In this document: one piece after another, positions 37,291 to 46,732 of the stretch | How the letters are laid out: each line of letters opens with the position of its first letter | How positions within the stretch are numbered: position 1 is the first letter of the stretch | DNA from: Pseudomonadales bacterium | GTDB lineage: Bacteria > Pseudomonadota > Gammaproteobacteria > Pseudomonadales > Azotimanducaceae | DNA length: 64,000 nucleotides | Reading direction: 5' to 3' | Assembly: GCA_040880285.1 (NCBI GenBank) | Contig: JBBDIT010000055.1 | Span: 133,692 to 197,691, forward strand | The notes under the pieces: model-generated | Told to the model about the DNA's origin: nothing | The model's database searches: none | Seen by the model: only the letters and a program-made list of their open reading frames with translations | Made by a program: the position numbers and the translations under genes

Positions 37291-37706
37291 TACTGTGCAC
37301 CTTTATAATATTGTCGGGTGAATTTTAACGAATAGGTCTCGCTGCTATTGACTGGTGTTACGTCGATTGCAAATCTTATAGTATCCCGTTGGTCGATAAT
37401 CTGGCTGGCAAGGTAATAAATGGCGTCTTGTTCCTTTACTTCAACAAAGTTGAGGTCAAATAGCTGGTTTAACAAATTAGTCGCAGAGCCCTTAATTCTT
37501 GCGGCAATCGGTCGACCATTCTGCAAGATGACGATGTTGGTGACGATTCTCCGGTCACTGCGTACTATGCCATGCACCCCGGCCACTTCGGCCGGGACCA
37601 GACTACTTTTAAACGTGGTGTAGTGAATATCGTAATCCTGCCATCTGACTCGTTCTGCAAGACTCTGGTTGCACACCAGTAACAGTAAGACCAGCAGATA
37701 TTGCAT
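37290..37706 (-). CDS. DUF4426-domain periplasmic protein
   Basis: 138 aa with a signal peptide. YDIHYTTFKSSLVPAEVAGVHGIVRSDRRIVTNIVIL resembles the DUF4426 proteins found at this yggT/rdgB position in pseudomonads (from memory). Confidence 0.65.
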   Translation of the reverse strand: MQYLLVLLLLVCNQSLAERVRWQDYDIHYTTFKSSLVPAEVAGVHGIVRSDRRIVTNIVILQNGRPIAARIKGSATNLLNQLFDLNFVEVKEQDAIYYLASQIIDQRDTIRFAIDVTPVNSSETYSLKFTRQYYKGAQ

Positions 37707-37721
37707 CAGGCGCTGTTCTGG

Positions 37722-38318
37722 TCATAGGCCAAGGATCAGCCCTCCTGGTATCCGCAGGAATTGATATGCCAGGGGCTCGATAACCAGGATTTTATCGATA
37801 ATGGTGATGGCGACAAAAACCAGGATGATTGAAAAATCCAACCCACCCATCGGGGGCAGAAGCTTGCGCGCTGGTGCACAGATGGGCTCTGTCAGCTGGT
37901 GTACCAGGATCAGTGCCGGATGTCCTGAGGCGGGTGCAATCCAACTGGCAATGACCATGATGATGAGTGAGAAGAAGTAGATATCAAAGATCAGGGAAAA
38001 CAGGCCAATCAGCACCCAGGCAATATAAATAGGATGAAAAATCACGTTGCCATAGAACATCATGATCAGCATCACGGCGATCAGCTGGATTACAAATGCG
38101 ACAGCAAGGGTAGCAAGGTTTATACCGTAGACGGTCGGTAGCACTTTAGACAGTGGCCGGATTGCCGGGTCGGTGACCTTGACGATGGCCTGGGAAATGG
38201 GATTGTAGTAGTCAACTCGCGCGACCTGCATCAGGAACCTCAGCATAATCACGATGACGTAAAGGCCGAAAAAGGTCTGTACGAGATATGCGCCAGCCTG
38301 GGCGAGGTTTGCACTCAT
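37722..38318 (-). CDS. yggT: YggT-family integral membrane protein
   Basis: 198 aa with two YGGT-type repeats (four to five TM helices). Downstream of proC, as is typical. Confidence 0.85.
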   Translation of the reverse strand: MSANLAQAGAYLVQTFFGLYVIVIMLRFLMQVARVDYYNPISQAIVKVTDPAIRPLSKVLPTVYGINLATLAVAFVIQLIAVMLIMMFYGNVIFHPIYIAWVLIGLFSLIFDIYFFSLIIMVIASWIAPASGHPALILVHQLTEPICAPARKLLPPMGGLDFSIILVFVAITIIDKILVIEPLAYQFLRIPGGLILGL

Positions 38319-38431
38319 AGGAAATAGCCTTCTGATTGTAAGGTGATGGTTTCAAGTAAATGTCTGCCAGAGTCGGTGGCTTCCGGGGTGCCCCGGTTTG
38401 TCCGGACCGCATTATATCGTTTCAAAATACA

Positions 38432-39235
38432 TTAAGTCCCGGATAGCTCGATCGACCGACGATAGGCTGCCTCAATGGCACGATCGAAGTCTTCCGGCAA
38501 GCCTGCGTCCAGTAAGGTATTGATGGCGGCTTCGGTGGTACCCCCTTTCGATGTGACATTGTGGCGCAGTGTGGCGGCCTCATCGTCACTGCCGATAGCC
38601 ATACGTGCCGCACCCAGTGCGGTTTGTAACACCAGTGTACGGGCCATTTCTGTTGACAGGCCAAGGCGAGTCGCAGCTGCCTCCATGGCTTCCATCACGA
38701 GAAAGAAGTAGGCCGGGCCACTCCCTGACACTGCGGTGACAATATCAAGGTCGGCCTCGGACTCGAGCCAGGCGGTTTTACCAACGGCGGCCAGCATGCT
38801 TCTCCCAATCTCCTTTTGCTGGTCATGTACATTACCGTTGGCGTACAGGCCGGTCATCCCGGTTTGTACGAGGGCGGGCGTGTTGGGCATGCAGCGGATA
38901 ATGGCCGCGTCTTGCCCAAGTGCGCCTGCAATACTGGCTGTAGTGACACCTGCAGCCACACTGACGATCAGCTTGTCGCGTGCAAGTGGCGCGAAGTCAG
39001 TCGCCACCGGTATGACCAGGTCGGGTTTGACGCAAATGACGACGACATCCACCTGCTCAACCAGCCGGTGGTTTGCCGAGAGCTTTTGTATATCATCAGG
39101 CAATTGGGCCAGCTGGTGGGCTGATGGATCTGCCGCATAGATGAGCGACGGCGCATGACCGTGACTGATGAGCCCGCCAATTATGGCCCGGGCAATGTTG
39201 CCAGCGCCGATGAACCCCAGTTTTACGTCTTCCAT
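38432..39235 (-). CDS. proC: Pyrroline-5-carboxylate reductase
   Basis: 267 aa. Rossmann GFIGAGNIARAI and C-terminal VTSKGGTTEAAI signature. Confidence 0.95.
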   Translation of the reverse strand: MEDVKLGFIGAGNIARAIIGGLISHGHAPSLIYAADPSAHQLAQLPDDIQKLSANHRLVEQVDVVVICVKPDLVIPVATDFAPLARDKLIVSVAAGVTTASIAGALGQDAAIIRCMPNTPALVQTGMTGLYANGNVHDQQKEIGRSMLAAVGKTAWLESEADLDIVTAVSGSGPAYFFLVMEAMEAAATRLGLSTEMARTLVLQTALGAARMAIGSDDEAATLRHNVTSKGGTTEAAINTLLDAGLPEDFDRAIEAAYRRSIELSGT

Positions 39236-39261
39236 ACCTGTCCCTGTCTATCTAGTGTGCG

Positions 39262-39963
39262 TCAGCCTCTTGGTCCAAAAATCGCCGTACCAATCCGGAG
39301 CCAGGTCGCGCCCTCGGCGATCGCCGCTTCCAGATCGTTCGACATACCCATAGACAAGTCGTCAAACCCGTCCAGGCCATCACCGAAGTGTGACTGGATA
39401 TCATCACGCAGGATGTGCAGTCGACGAAAGGCTTCCCGTTGGCGATTGAAATCGGGATCGGGCTCAGGTATCGCCATGAGTCCGCAAATCTCGAGCCTCG
39501 GATAATGCAGCATGGTGTCGATGAGGTCGAGGACCGCGGCCGAATCGACACCGGCCTTGCTGGATTCGCCACTGATATTGACCTGGACCAGTACCTTGAT
39601 CGGCGGTAACGTGTCAGGGCGCTGATCGTTCAACCGACGCGCAACCCTGGAGCTGGCCACCGTATGAACATAAGTAAAGTTCTCTGCGATAGCACGGGTT
39701 TTATTGGACTGAATAGCCCCGATATAGTGCCATTGGATATTCTCCACTGATACCGCTTTGATCTTATCGAGGCCCTCCTGCAGGTAATTCTCGGCGAAAT
39801 GGCGTTGCCCTGCGTGCCAGGCATCTTCGATCATGGAAACCGGTTTGGTCTTGCTGACGGCTAGCAGCTTTACTTCGGAGACGGGGCGCCCGAAACGTGT
39901 ACAGGCACTGGTGATCCTGCTGCGAACCGCCTCTAGCCGTTCTGAAATGTGGGTTTCTGCCAT
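39262..39963 (-). CDS. yggS: YggS-family pyridoxal-phosphate homeostasis protein
   Basis: 233 aa. PLP lysine context KLLAVSKTKP, WHYIGAIQSNK, and SMGMSNDLEAAI near the C-terminus. Confidence 0.93.
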   Translation of the reverse strand: MAETHISERLEAVRSRITSACTRFGRPVSEVKLLAVSKTKPVSMIEDAWHAGQRHFAENYLQEGLDKIKAVSVENIQWHYIGAIQSNKTRAIAENFTYVHTVASSRVARRLNDQRPDTLPPIKVLVQVNISGESSKAGVDSAAVLDLIDTMLHYPRLEICGLMAIPEPDPDFNRQREAFRRLHILRDDIQSHFGDGLDGFDDLSMGMSNDLEAAIAEGATWLRIGTAIFGPRG

Positions 39964-40070
39964 TTAAGGGACCTCATCCCGGCGGCGATGCGCTTTTAGG
40001 TAGTGGTGGTGTCTTGGCTTATTCGATAATACTATTAGCATGGGGAATCAAAAACAGACTGGGAAACCCA

Positions 40071-41108
40071 ATGGATATCACAGAATTACTCGCCTTCAGT
40101 GAAAAACAAGGCGCCTCGGATTTGCACCTGTCCGCTGGACTACCACCAATGATTCGAGTAGATGGTGACATCAGGCGAATTAACCTGCCAGCACTCGACC
40201 ACAAAGAAGTCCATGCACTGATCTACGAGATCATGAACGATAAGCAGCGCAAGGACTATGAAGAATTCTTCGAGTGTGACTTCTCGTTTGAAGTGCCGGG
40301 CGTCGCTCGATTCCGTGTTAACGCTTTTAACCATAATCGTGGTGCTGGCGGGGTCTTCAGGACGATTCCGTCTAAAGTACTGACGATGGACGATTTGGGA
40401 ATGGGCGATGTTTTCAAAAAGATCGCACAGACCCCACGCGGGTTGATCACTGTCACCGGGCCAACCGGTTCAGGAAAGAGTACAACGCTTGCGGCAATGA
40501 TGGACTTTATCAATGATAGTCGATACCAGCACATCCTGACGGTTGAGGATCCAATTGAATTTGTCCACGAGAGCAAAAAGTGCCTGGTGAACCAGCGGGA
40601 AGTTCACCGCGACACGCTGGGATTCAACGAGGCACTCCGAAGTGCCTTGCGTGAAGATCCGGACATCATCCTTGTGGGGGAGATGCGTGACCTTGAGACG
40701 ATACGACTTGCCCTTGAAGCCGCAGAAACCGGTCACATGGTTTTCGGAACCTTGCACACGTCATCTGCCGCCAAAACCATCGACCGTGTCATTGATGTGT
40801 TTCCTGCCTCAGAAAAGTCGATGGTACGTTCAATGCTGTCGGAGTCCTTGCAGGCAGTCATATCGCAAACCCTGTTAAAAAAAATCGGTGGTGGCCGCGT
40901 TGCGGCGCACGAGATCATGCTCTGTACTGCAGCGGTTCGTAACCTGATCCGTGAAGACAAGGTGGCGCAGATGTACTCTGCGATCCAGACCGGTGGTCAG
41001 CTGGGCATGAAGACTCTGGACCAGTGCCTCAGGGATCTACTGCAGAAAAACCTTATCACCAAGGAACAGGCCAGGGAAAAAGCAAAGCTGCCCGAAGATT
41101 TTGCATGA
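40071..41108 (+). CDS. pilT: Type IV pilus retraction ATPase PilT
   Basis: MDITELLAFSEKQGASDLHLSAGLPPMIRVDGD is the canonical PilT N-terminus (ATG at 40071). Walker A GPTGSGKSTT and the AHEIM-type C-terminal region are present. Confidence 0.95.
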   Translation: MDITELLAFSEKQGASDLHLSAGLPPMIRVDGDIRRINLPALDHKEVHALIYEIMNDKQRKDYEEFFECDFSFEVPGVARFRVNAFNHNRGAGGVFRTIPSKVLTMDDLGMGDVFKKIAQTPRGLITVTGPTGSGKSTTLAAMMDFINDSRYQHILTVEDPIEFVHESKKCLVNQREVHRDTLGFNEALRSALREDPDIILVGEMRDLETIRLALEAAETGHMVFGTLHTSSAAKTIDRVIDVFPASEKSMVRSMLSESLQAVISQTLLKKIGGGRVAAHEIMLCTAAVRNLIREDKVAQMYSAIQTGGQLGMKTLDQCLRDLLQKNLITKEQAREKAKLPEDFA

Positions 41109-41174
41109 TTTTGAAAAAAGTTCCGTCGCGTCTATTTCGACAGGGCACCCGCAATAACGGATTGGTAACACGTC

Positions 41175-42317
41175 ATGATTGATTTTGACAAGCTCTTGAA
41201 AGTGGTTGTTGACCAGGGAGCATCTGACCTTTTCATCACCGCCGGCCTGCCTCCCTCGATCAAGGTCAGCGGTAGAATGATGCCGATGTCAAAGACCCCG
41301 CTTACGCCGGAGCAGTCTCGTGAGATGGTTCACAGCACCATGAACGAGGCCCAGGTTCAGGAGTTTGAATCTGAACATGAGTGCAATTTCGCGATCCACT
41401 CACCTGTGGCAGGTCGTTTTCGAGTGAGTGCTTTTTATCAACGTAATTTTGCCGGCATGGTCTTACGTCGTATTGAATCCATTATTCCGAGCTGCGATGA
41501 GTTGCAGTTGCCAGAGGTCATCAAAAAGCTGTCGATGACAAAGCGCGGCCTGATAATTTTTGTCGGAGCGACAGGCACAGGTAAATCAACTTCTCTGGCG
41601 GCGATGATTGGCCATCGTAATATCAATAGTAAAGGTCACATCATTACAATTGAGGATCCGATCGAATTTATCCATGAACACAAGGGTTGCATGGTGACCC
41701 AGCGAGAAGTCGGCGTTGATACGCCGAGCTTTGAAGTGGCGTTAAAAAATACCCTGAGGCAGGCGCCTGACGTGATCATGGTCGGTGAGATTCGAACCCG
41801 TGAGACCATGGAATATGCAGTCGCATTTGCTGAAACCGGTCACCTGTGTCTTGCGACCTTGCATGCTAACAACGCGAATCAGGCATTGGATCGTATTATC
41901 AACTTTTTTCCTGCCGACCGGCATGACCAGATCTGGATGGATCTGTCCTTGAACCTTCGCGGTTTGGTAGCGCAACAACTGATACCGACGCCGGATGGCA
42001 GCGGTCGCCGTGCCGCTATTGAGGTGCTGGTTAACACACCGCTGGTTTCCGACATTATTCGTAAAGGTGAGGTTCACCAGTTAAAAGAGCTGATGTCCAA
42101 ATCTGAAGAAGCGGGAATGCAGACTTTCGACCAGGCCCTGTACAAACTGTATTCGGCTGGCGAGATCAGCTATGACGCCGCGCTTGCCTCTGCCGATTCG
42201 GCAAACGATTTGCGTCTCATGATCAAGTTGGCCGGCAAAGGTCCGTCAGAATCCGGTAGTAGTACTGGCCTGTCCCTGGAGTCCAATGAAGACGACGTGT
42301 CCGTGCGCCGGCGTTAA
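41175..42317 (+). CDS. pilU: Type IV pilus ATPase PilU (PilT paralogue)
   Basis: 380 aa. Walker A GATGTGKSTS, PilT-family core, and the longer C-terminus typical of PilU. Immediately downstream of pilT. Confidence 0.9.
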   Translation: MIDFDKLLKVVVDQGASDLFITAGLPPSIKVSGRMMPMSKTPLTPEQSREMVHSTMNEAQVQEFESEHECNFAIHSPVAGRFRVSAFYQRNFAGMVLRRIESIIPSCDELQLPEVIKKLSMTKRGLIIFVGATGTGKSTSLAAMIGHRNINSKGHIITIEDPIEFIHEHKGCMVTQREVGVDTPSFEVALKNTLRQAPDVIMVGEIRTRETMEYAVAFAETGHLCLATLHANNANQALDRIINFFPADRHDQIWMDLSLNLRGLVAQQLIPTPDGSGRRAAIEVLVNTPLVSDIIRKGEVHQLKELMSKSEEAGMQTFDQALYKLYSAGEISYDAALASADSANDLRLMIKLAGKGPSESGSSTGLSLESNEDDVSVRRR

Positions 42318-42331
42318 CCGAAGTCAACAAC

Positions 42332-42724
42332 TCACCCGCGCCTGAAATAACTTTCCAGGATCAGTCTTGCAGCCATGGCATCGAGTCCCTCGTCGCCATT
42401 GGTAAATTCTTTTGCTTCACGAGTCGTCAGTCGCTCATCCATCGTGGTTGTGGGCAAGTTGAATCGACCGGCCAGTCGGCGCGCGAATTTCCGGGCTCGG
42501 TCTGACATGTCGCTGTTGGTACCGTCCATATGAAGCGGCAGCCCAACCACGAGTATTGCCGGCTGCCACTCGGATATCAGGTTTTCGATCTGGCTCCAGT
42601 CCGGGATGCCATCCCGTGCGGACAGTACAGTCAGTGGGTTGGCTGTACCCGTGACTGACTGGCCGACGGCAACGCCGATACGGGACATCCCGAAATCAAA
42701 CCCCATCGCCAAATAGTCCGCCAT
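42332..42724 (-). CDS. ruvX: Putative pre-16S rRNA nuclease / Holliday-junction-resolvase-like RuvX (YqgF)
   Basis: 130 aa. GFDFGMSRIGVAVG at the N-terminus and DERLTTREA near the C-terminus. Confidence 0.9.
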   Translation of the reverse strand: MADYLAMGFDFGMSRIGVAVGQSVTGTANPLTVLSARDGIPDWSQIENLISEWQPAILVVGLPLHMDGTNSDMSDRARKFARRLAGRFNLPTTTMDERLTTREAKEFTNGDEGLDAMAARLILESYFRRG

Positions 42725-42726
42725 GT

Positions 42727-43272
42727 CTAGTCATGCCCGGCTAAAGGAGCTATCAGGTTAATATCGATCCCCAGCGTGGCGGCGGCGGCGCGTGGACGAT
42801 CTTCAAATGGCACATCGAAGATGATGCGTGCGTCAGATGGAGCCAACAGCCAGATATTTTCCGCTATTTCAGTTTCCAGTTGTTGTCGGCCCCAGCCGGA
42901 ATAACCCAGGAGTGCCAGGGTTCGTTGTGGCGCATCTCCTCGCTCCATCAATTCAATGAAGTCGACGGAAGTTGTGAGGAATACCGAGTCGCTTACCTTG
43001 AATGTGGACTCGAACAAGGGGCCAGCCTCATGTAAAAAGAACACACGATTTTGTTCCACTGGCCCTCCTTCCATGACCGGACAATCGAACGAGCCGCTTA
43101 CCTGTGGGAACAGCTCAGTTAGTGGTGTGATGAGAGGGCGGTTAATAATGAGGCCGAACGCACCCTCATCGTTGTGATCTATCAGCAAGCTGACAGCTCC
43201 GGCGAAATAGTCACCTTTTAGTGCTGGTAGTGAAACCAGGAATTGGTTACGAAAGCTTTGTTCCATCACCAT
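42727..43272 (-). CDS. algH: YqgE/AlgH-family protein
   Basis: About 181 aa. GDYFAGAVSLLIDHNDEGAFGLIINRP and GYSGWGRQQLETEI signatures. The ATG at 43272 shares one base with the tonB stop. Confidence 0.88.
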   Translation of the reverse strand: MVMEQSFRNQFLVSLPALKGDYFAGAVSLLIDHNDEGAFGLIINRPLITPLTELFPQVSGSFDCPVMEGGPVEQNRVFFLHEAGPLFESTFKVSDSVFLTTSVDFIELMERGDAPQRTLALLGYSGWGRQQLETEIAENIWLLAPSDARIIFDVPFEDRPRAAAATLGIDINLIAPLAGHD

Positions 43273-44168
43273 CAATAGCTTCGAAGTGAGCTGTTCTTGC
43301 GGAACTGCCAGGTCCTGATGATCTCAAGCACATCAGTGGTTTCACGCAGCTCATCCGGGAAAGGGGCAAAAGGTGCCGAGAGTTTGACAATACTGATCGC
43401 CGCATTGTCCAGAATCTGGTGCCCAGAGGATTCCAGCAGCTGGACGTCTTTCAAGCTTCCGTCTGGCAGGATGGCTACCAGCACCCGTAAACTGCCGAAA
43501 ATCCTTTGCCGCTTTGCCTCGGCTGGATAATTGAGGTTACCTACCTTCTCAATCTTGCGGCGCCAGGAGTTCAGGTAATAGGCGTCGACACTTGAAGCGG
43601 TGGACAGGCTGGTCAGTCGTTTGATTCGTGGGCGTTTGGCGTAAATTTGTTGCTGTTCGGCGAGCCTGGCTTCGAGGCTCGCAATCTCAAGGCTTCGCTG
43701 AAGTAGCGTCTTTTCTACTTCACTATTGGACTCCCTTGGCGCCGGATCAACGGGCCTCGCTGCCACGAGCGCCCGATGGCTGCTACGATTGGTGGTGGTG
43801 ACTACCCGGGTCTCTGCCTTCTCAACGGCCGGTGCTGCCGCCGCCTGCTCACGCGGCGATGTCTCTCTGATACTGGTATCGTGGAATTCAGCCTCGGTAG
43901 TAGTGGTGGTAAGCGCCTTTTCTTCCAGGGATCCACTGCCAATCTGGTTAAACTGGGCCAGATAATCCGCCTTGTCCGGTCTGCTCTCGCTGCGATGCTG
44001 TGCCAGGGTGACCTCCATGGTGTGAGTGGATGATCCGCGCTCGCTGAATGTAAATGTGACCCCGAGGATAATTGCGGCGTGGACGGCGAGCGCCAGAAAA
44101 ACCGTGAACGTCAGGCGATCACCCGCGCTGACAGGGGGTAACGCCATTGCGGTATTGATCGCAGCCAT
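43272..44168 (-). CDS. tonB: TonB-family energy-transducer protein
   Basis: 298 aa. An N-terminal anchor helix (LTFTVFLALAVHAAIILGVTF), a long charged linker, and a C-terminal TonB_C-like domain (YPAEAKRQRIFGSLRVLVAILPDGSLKDVQLLESSGHQILDNAA). Confidence 0.75.
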   Translation of the reverse strand: MAAINTAMALPPVSAGDRLTFTVFLALAVHAAIILGVTFTFSERGSSTHTMEVTLAQHRSESRPDKADYLAQFNQIGSGSLEEKALTTTTTEAEFHDTSIRETSPREQAAAAPAVEKAETRVVTTTNRSSHRALVAARPVDPAPRESNSEVEKTLLQRSLEIASLEARLAEQQQIYAKRPRIKRLTSLSTASSVDAYYLNSWRRKIEKVGNLNYPAEAKRQRIFGSLRVLVAILPDGSLKDVQLLESSGHQILDNAAISIVKLSAPFAPFPDELRETTDVLEIIRTWQFRKNSSLRSY

Positions 44169-45109
44169 TACGAGATCAAGGTCTCCACGAAGTCCAGATA
44201 GTCTCCAGCAATATCGAGCCCAAAGTCACGATCGAGTTCCCGGATGCAGGTCGGGCAGGTGACATTAATTTCCGTGAGGTAGTCACCGATGACATCAATT
44301 CCGGTGAAATAGAGTCCCTTTTCTTTCAAGACCGGGCCTACCTGATCGCAAATCCAAAGGTCCCGGTCAGTCAACTCGCGACCCACACCCGTACCCCCGG
44401 CAGCGAGGTTGCCGCGGGTTTCACCGGCAGCCGGAATTCGTGCCAGCCCATAAGGAACCGGTTCTCCGTTGATTAGCAGAATTCTTGTATCTCCTTGTTT
44501 TATTTCAGGAATATATCTCTGCGCCATCGTTTGTCTGGTGCCGTCTGCTGTCAGGGTCTCGAGAATGACGTTAATATTAGGGTCGTCGGGCCCGACCCGG
44601 AAGATGGACTCGCCTCCCATGCCATCCAACGGTTTGTAGATAACGTCCCCGAATTCCGCCTGAAAGCTCTTGAGTAACCTTTGGTCACGGCTCACCAGGC
44701 ACGGTGGACAACACGCCGGAAACTGCAGCGTAAACAACTTTTCGTTGCAATCCCGAATGCTGCCGGGCCTGTTAAGGACAGGGGTTCCGGCAATTTCCAC
44801 CAGCTCCAACAAATAGGTCGAGTAGATATACTCCATATTAAAGGGTGGATCCTTGCGCATCAGGACCGCGTCGAGCTCAGTTAACGGCCTGGTATCCATT
44901 TCGAGCGGTGTGAACCAATGGTCGAGGTCATCCTGGACACGGACCTCTTGCATGATGGCCTTTACCACCCCGTCAGTACAAAACAGGCCCGCCTGTTCGA
45001 TGACGAACAGGTCCCAGCCTCGTTTGGCGGCAGCCAGCATCATCGCAAGGGTGCTGTCTTTTTTTGGGTTTATGGATGCGATTGGATCCATAACAATGCC
45101 TAGCTTCAT
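44168..45109 (-). CDS. gshB: Glutathione synthetase
   Basis: MKLGIVMDPIASINPKKDST matches the E. coli GshB N-terminus (MIKLGIVMDPIANINIKKDSS). ATP-grasp C-terminal half. ATG at 45109 preferred over the TTG at 45115. Confidence 0.93.
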   Translation of the reverse strand: MKLGIVMDPIASINPKKDSTLAMMLAAAKRGWDLFVIEQAGLFCTDGVVKAIMQEVRVQDDLDHWFTPLEMDTRPLTELDAVLMRKDPPFNMEYIYSTYLLELVEIAGTPVLNRPGSIRDCNEKLFTLQFPACCPPCLVSRDQRLLKSFQAEFGDVIYKPLDGMGGESIFRVGPDDPNINVILETLTADGTRQTMAQRYIPEIKQGDTRILLINGEPVPYGLARIPAAGETRGNLAAGGTGVGRELTDRDLWICDQVGPVLKEKGLYFTGIDVIGDYLTEINVTCPTCIRELDRDFGLDIAGDYLDFVETLIS

Positions 45110-45184
45110 CGCCAAGGTATCCGGTCCTCATTGCGGGTTATAATGGATTCCAAAATGCTCGCCGCTACCGTCTGGGGTACCACT

Positions 45185-45218
45185 CATATCAGGACGCATA
45201 TCGGGACGCATATCGGGC
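45185..45218. repeat. 12-bp tandem repeat (about 2.8 copies) in the gshB/pilG divergent intergenic region
   Basis: CATATCAGGACG CATATCGGGACG CATATCGGGC, head to tail, at 45185-45218. Confidence 0.9.
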
Positions 45219-45390
45219 TTGTGTTCGCTAATTGTAAACCAGAAAATCTTGGAATGTGACGAATTCCCTTATCTGACTAGTACTTATGGAATGAGGTTAA
45301 CAACTGTGTTACAAAAAGCGCTGCAAGGCACCGTCAGGACATACAATTTTGGTTCCAGGGCCTTGTTTTTGTTAATAGGGGTTGCGGCCT

Positions 45391-45780
45391 ATGGAAGATA
45401 AGTTCGAAGGCGTTAAAGTGATGGTCATTGACGATAGCAAGACTATTCGTCGAACGGCAGAGACGCTGTTGTCCAAGGCAGGCTGTGAGGTAACCACTGC
45501 GACGGATGGCTTTGACGCCTTGTCTAAAATTGCGGATACGCAACCTTCGATAATATTTGTCGATATCATGATGCCACGACTGGATGGTTATCAGACGTGT
45601 GCATTGATCAAAAATAATAGTGCGTTTCAGAGCACGCCTGTAATCATGTTGTCCAGCAAGGATGGGCTGTTTGATCGTGCCAAAGGTCGAATTGTTGGCT
45701 CGGACCAATACCTGACGAAACCGTTCAGCAAAGATGAATTACTCAGTGCGATTCGAGACCACGTCAAGGTTGCAGACTAG
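45391..45780 (+). CDS. pilG: Twitching-motility response regulator PilG (CheY-like)
   Basis: VMVIDDSKTIRRTAETLL...IIFVDIMMPRLDGYQTCALIKNN...LSSKDGLFDRAKGRIVGSDQYLTKPF is characteristic of PilG. ATG at 45391. Confidence 0.92.
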   Translation: MEDKFEGVKVMVIDDSKTIRRTAETLLSKAGCEVTTATDGFDALSKIADTQPSIIFVDIMMPRLDGYQTCALIKNNSAFQSTPVIMLSSKDGLFDRAKGRIVGSDQYLTKPFSKDELLSAIRDHVKVAD

Positions 45781-45807
45781 GGCCAGGGATATAGCGGAGT
45801 TTGAGTT

Positions 45808-46173
45808 ATGGCCAAAGTTCTGGTCGTGGATGATTCGCCAACCGAAATCTATCAATTCAAAGACATGCTTGAGGGTTTGGGTCATGTGGTGCTCGTCGCC
45901 GAAAACGGGCGTGATGGAGTTGCCATGGCGACGTCGGAACAACCGGACGTTGTGCTGATGGACATTGTGATGCCGGACATGAATGGATTCCAGGCAACCA
46001 GACAGATCTGTCGAGGTGAGACTACCAGTCATATACCGGTGATTATTGTCAGTAGTAAAGATCAGGAGACGGACAAGGTCTGGGGACATCGACAAGGCGC
46101 GAAAGGGTACATCACCAAGCCCGTCAATGGTCAGGAACTGTTGTCTGTGATGGAGAATTTAATCGCAAAATGA
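45808..46173 (+). CDS. pilH: Twitching-motility response regulator PilH (CheY-like)
   Basis: 121-aa single REC domain (KVLVVDDS...DVVLMDIVMPDMNGF...SKDQETDKVWGHRQGAKGYITKP). Follows pilG. Confidence 0.9.
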   Translation: MAKVLVVDDSPTEIYQFKDMLEGLGHVVLVAENGRDGVAMATSEQPDVVLMDIVMPDMNGFQATRQICRGETTSHIPVIIVSSKDQETDKVWGHRQGAKGYITKPVNGQELLSVMENLIAK

Positions 46174-46715
46174 ATGATTCGACGCCATTTTCCAGGTTGT
46201 ACTCGCTGGCTGCTCGTAGTCAGGAAATTGCCGTCGAGTTGCCCGCAAGAGAAAACGCCCAGACCCACTGGAACGGACTGGGCTTTAGCTTGCTGGGGCA
46301 GCGATTTGTTGCGCCCATGCAGGAGGTGGCTGAACTTGTACGCGTTCCCCAGACCACCAAGTTGCCAGGGGTGAAGAATTTTGTGGTTGGAGTCGCCAAT
46401 GTACGCGGCAGGCTCCTCGTAGTACTGGACCTGGTGACCTTTTTTGGTGAGAACTCTGCGTTTCCAAGGGCGCAGAGACGAATTCTTGCGGTTGAAGATG
46501 AAGAGCAATACTTTGGGTTTATGGTGGATGAATCGCTTGGAATGCAACATTTTCCTCGTGAAGCCTACACTGAGTCAGAAGAAGGTGTGCAAGATAGATT
46601 CAAACCCTTCGTGAATGGTTGTTATGTGGTTGGCGGCACTGTCTGGCCAGTCATCAGTTTACTCAAGCTTGCAGAACATCCCGAACTTGAGAAGCTTGCA
46701 AGTTCGGCCGCATAG
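46170..46715 (+). CDS. pilI: CheW-like coupling protein PilI
   Basis: 181 aa with a CheW-like domain (VPQTTKLPGVKNFVVGVANVRGRLLVVLDL). ATGA overlap with the pilH stop; precedes pilJ. Confidence 0.85.
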   Translation: MNDSTPFSRLYSLAARSQEIAVELPARENAQTHWNGLGFSLLGQRFVAPMQEVAELVRVPQTTKLPGVKNFVVGVANVRGRLLVVLDLVTFFGENSAFPRAQRRILAVEDEEQYFGFMVDESLGMQHFPREAYTESEEGVQDRFKPFVNGCYVVGGTVWPVISLLKLAEHPELEKLASSAA

Positions 46716-46732
46716 GATAAAAGGATCTCCGG

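Noticed and set aside
45219-45401. 60-aa ORF in the gshB/pilG spacer.
   Set aside because: It has no Shine-Dalgarno and an implausible composition. It runs into the pilG start, so it is more likely non-coding promoter or leader sequence.
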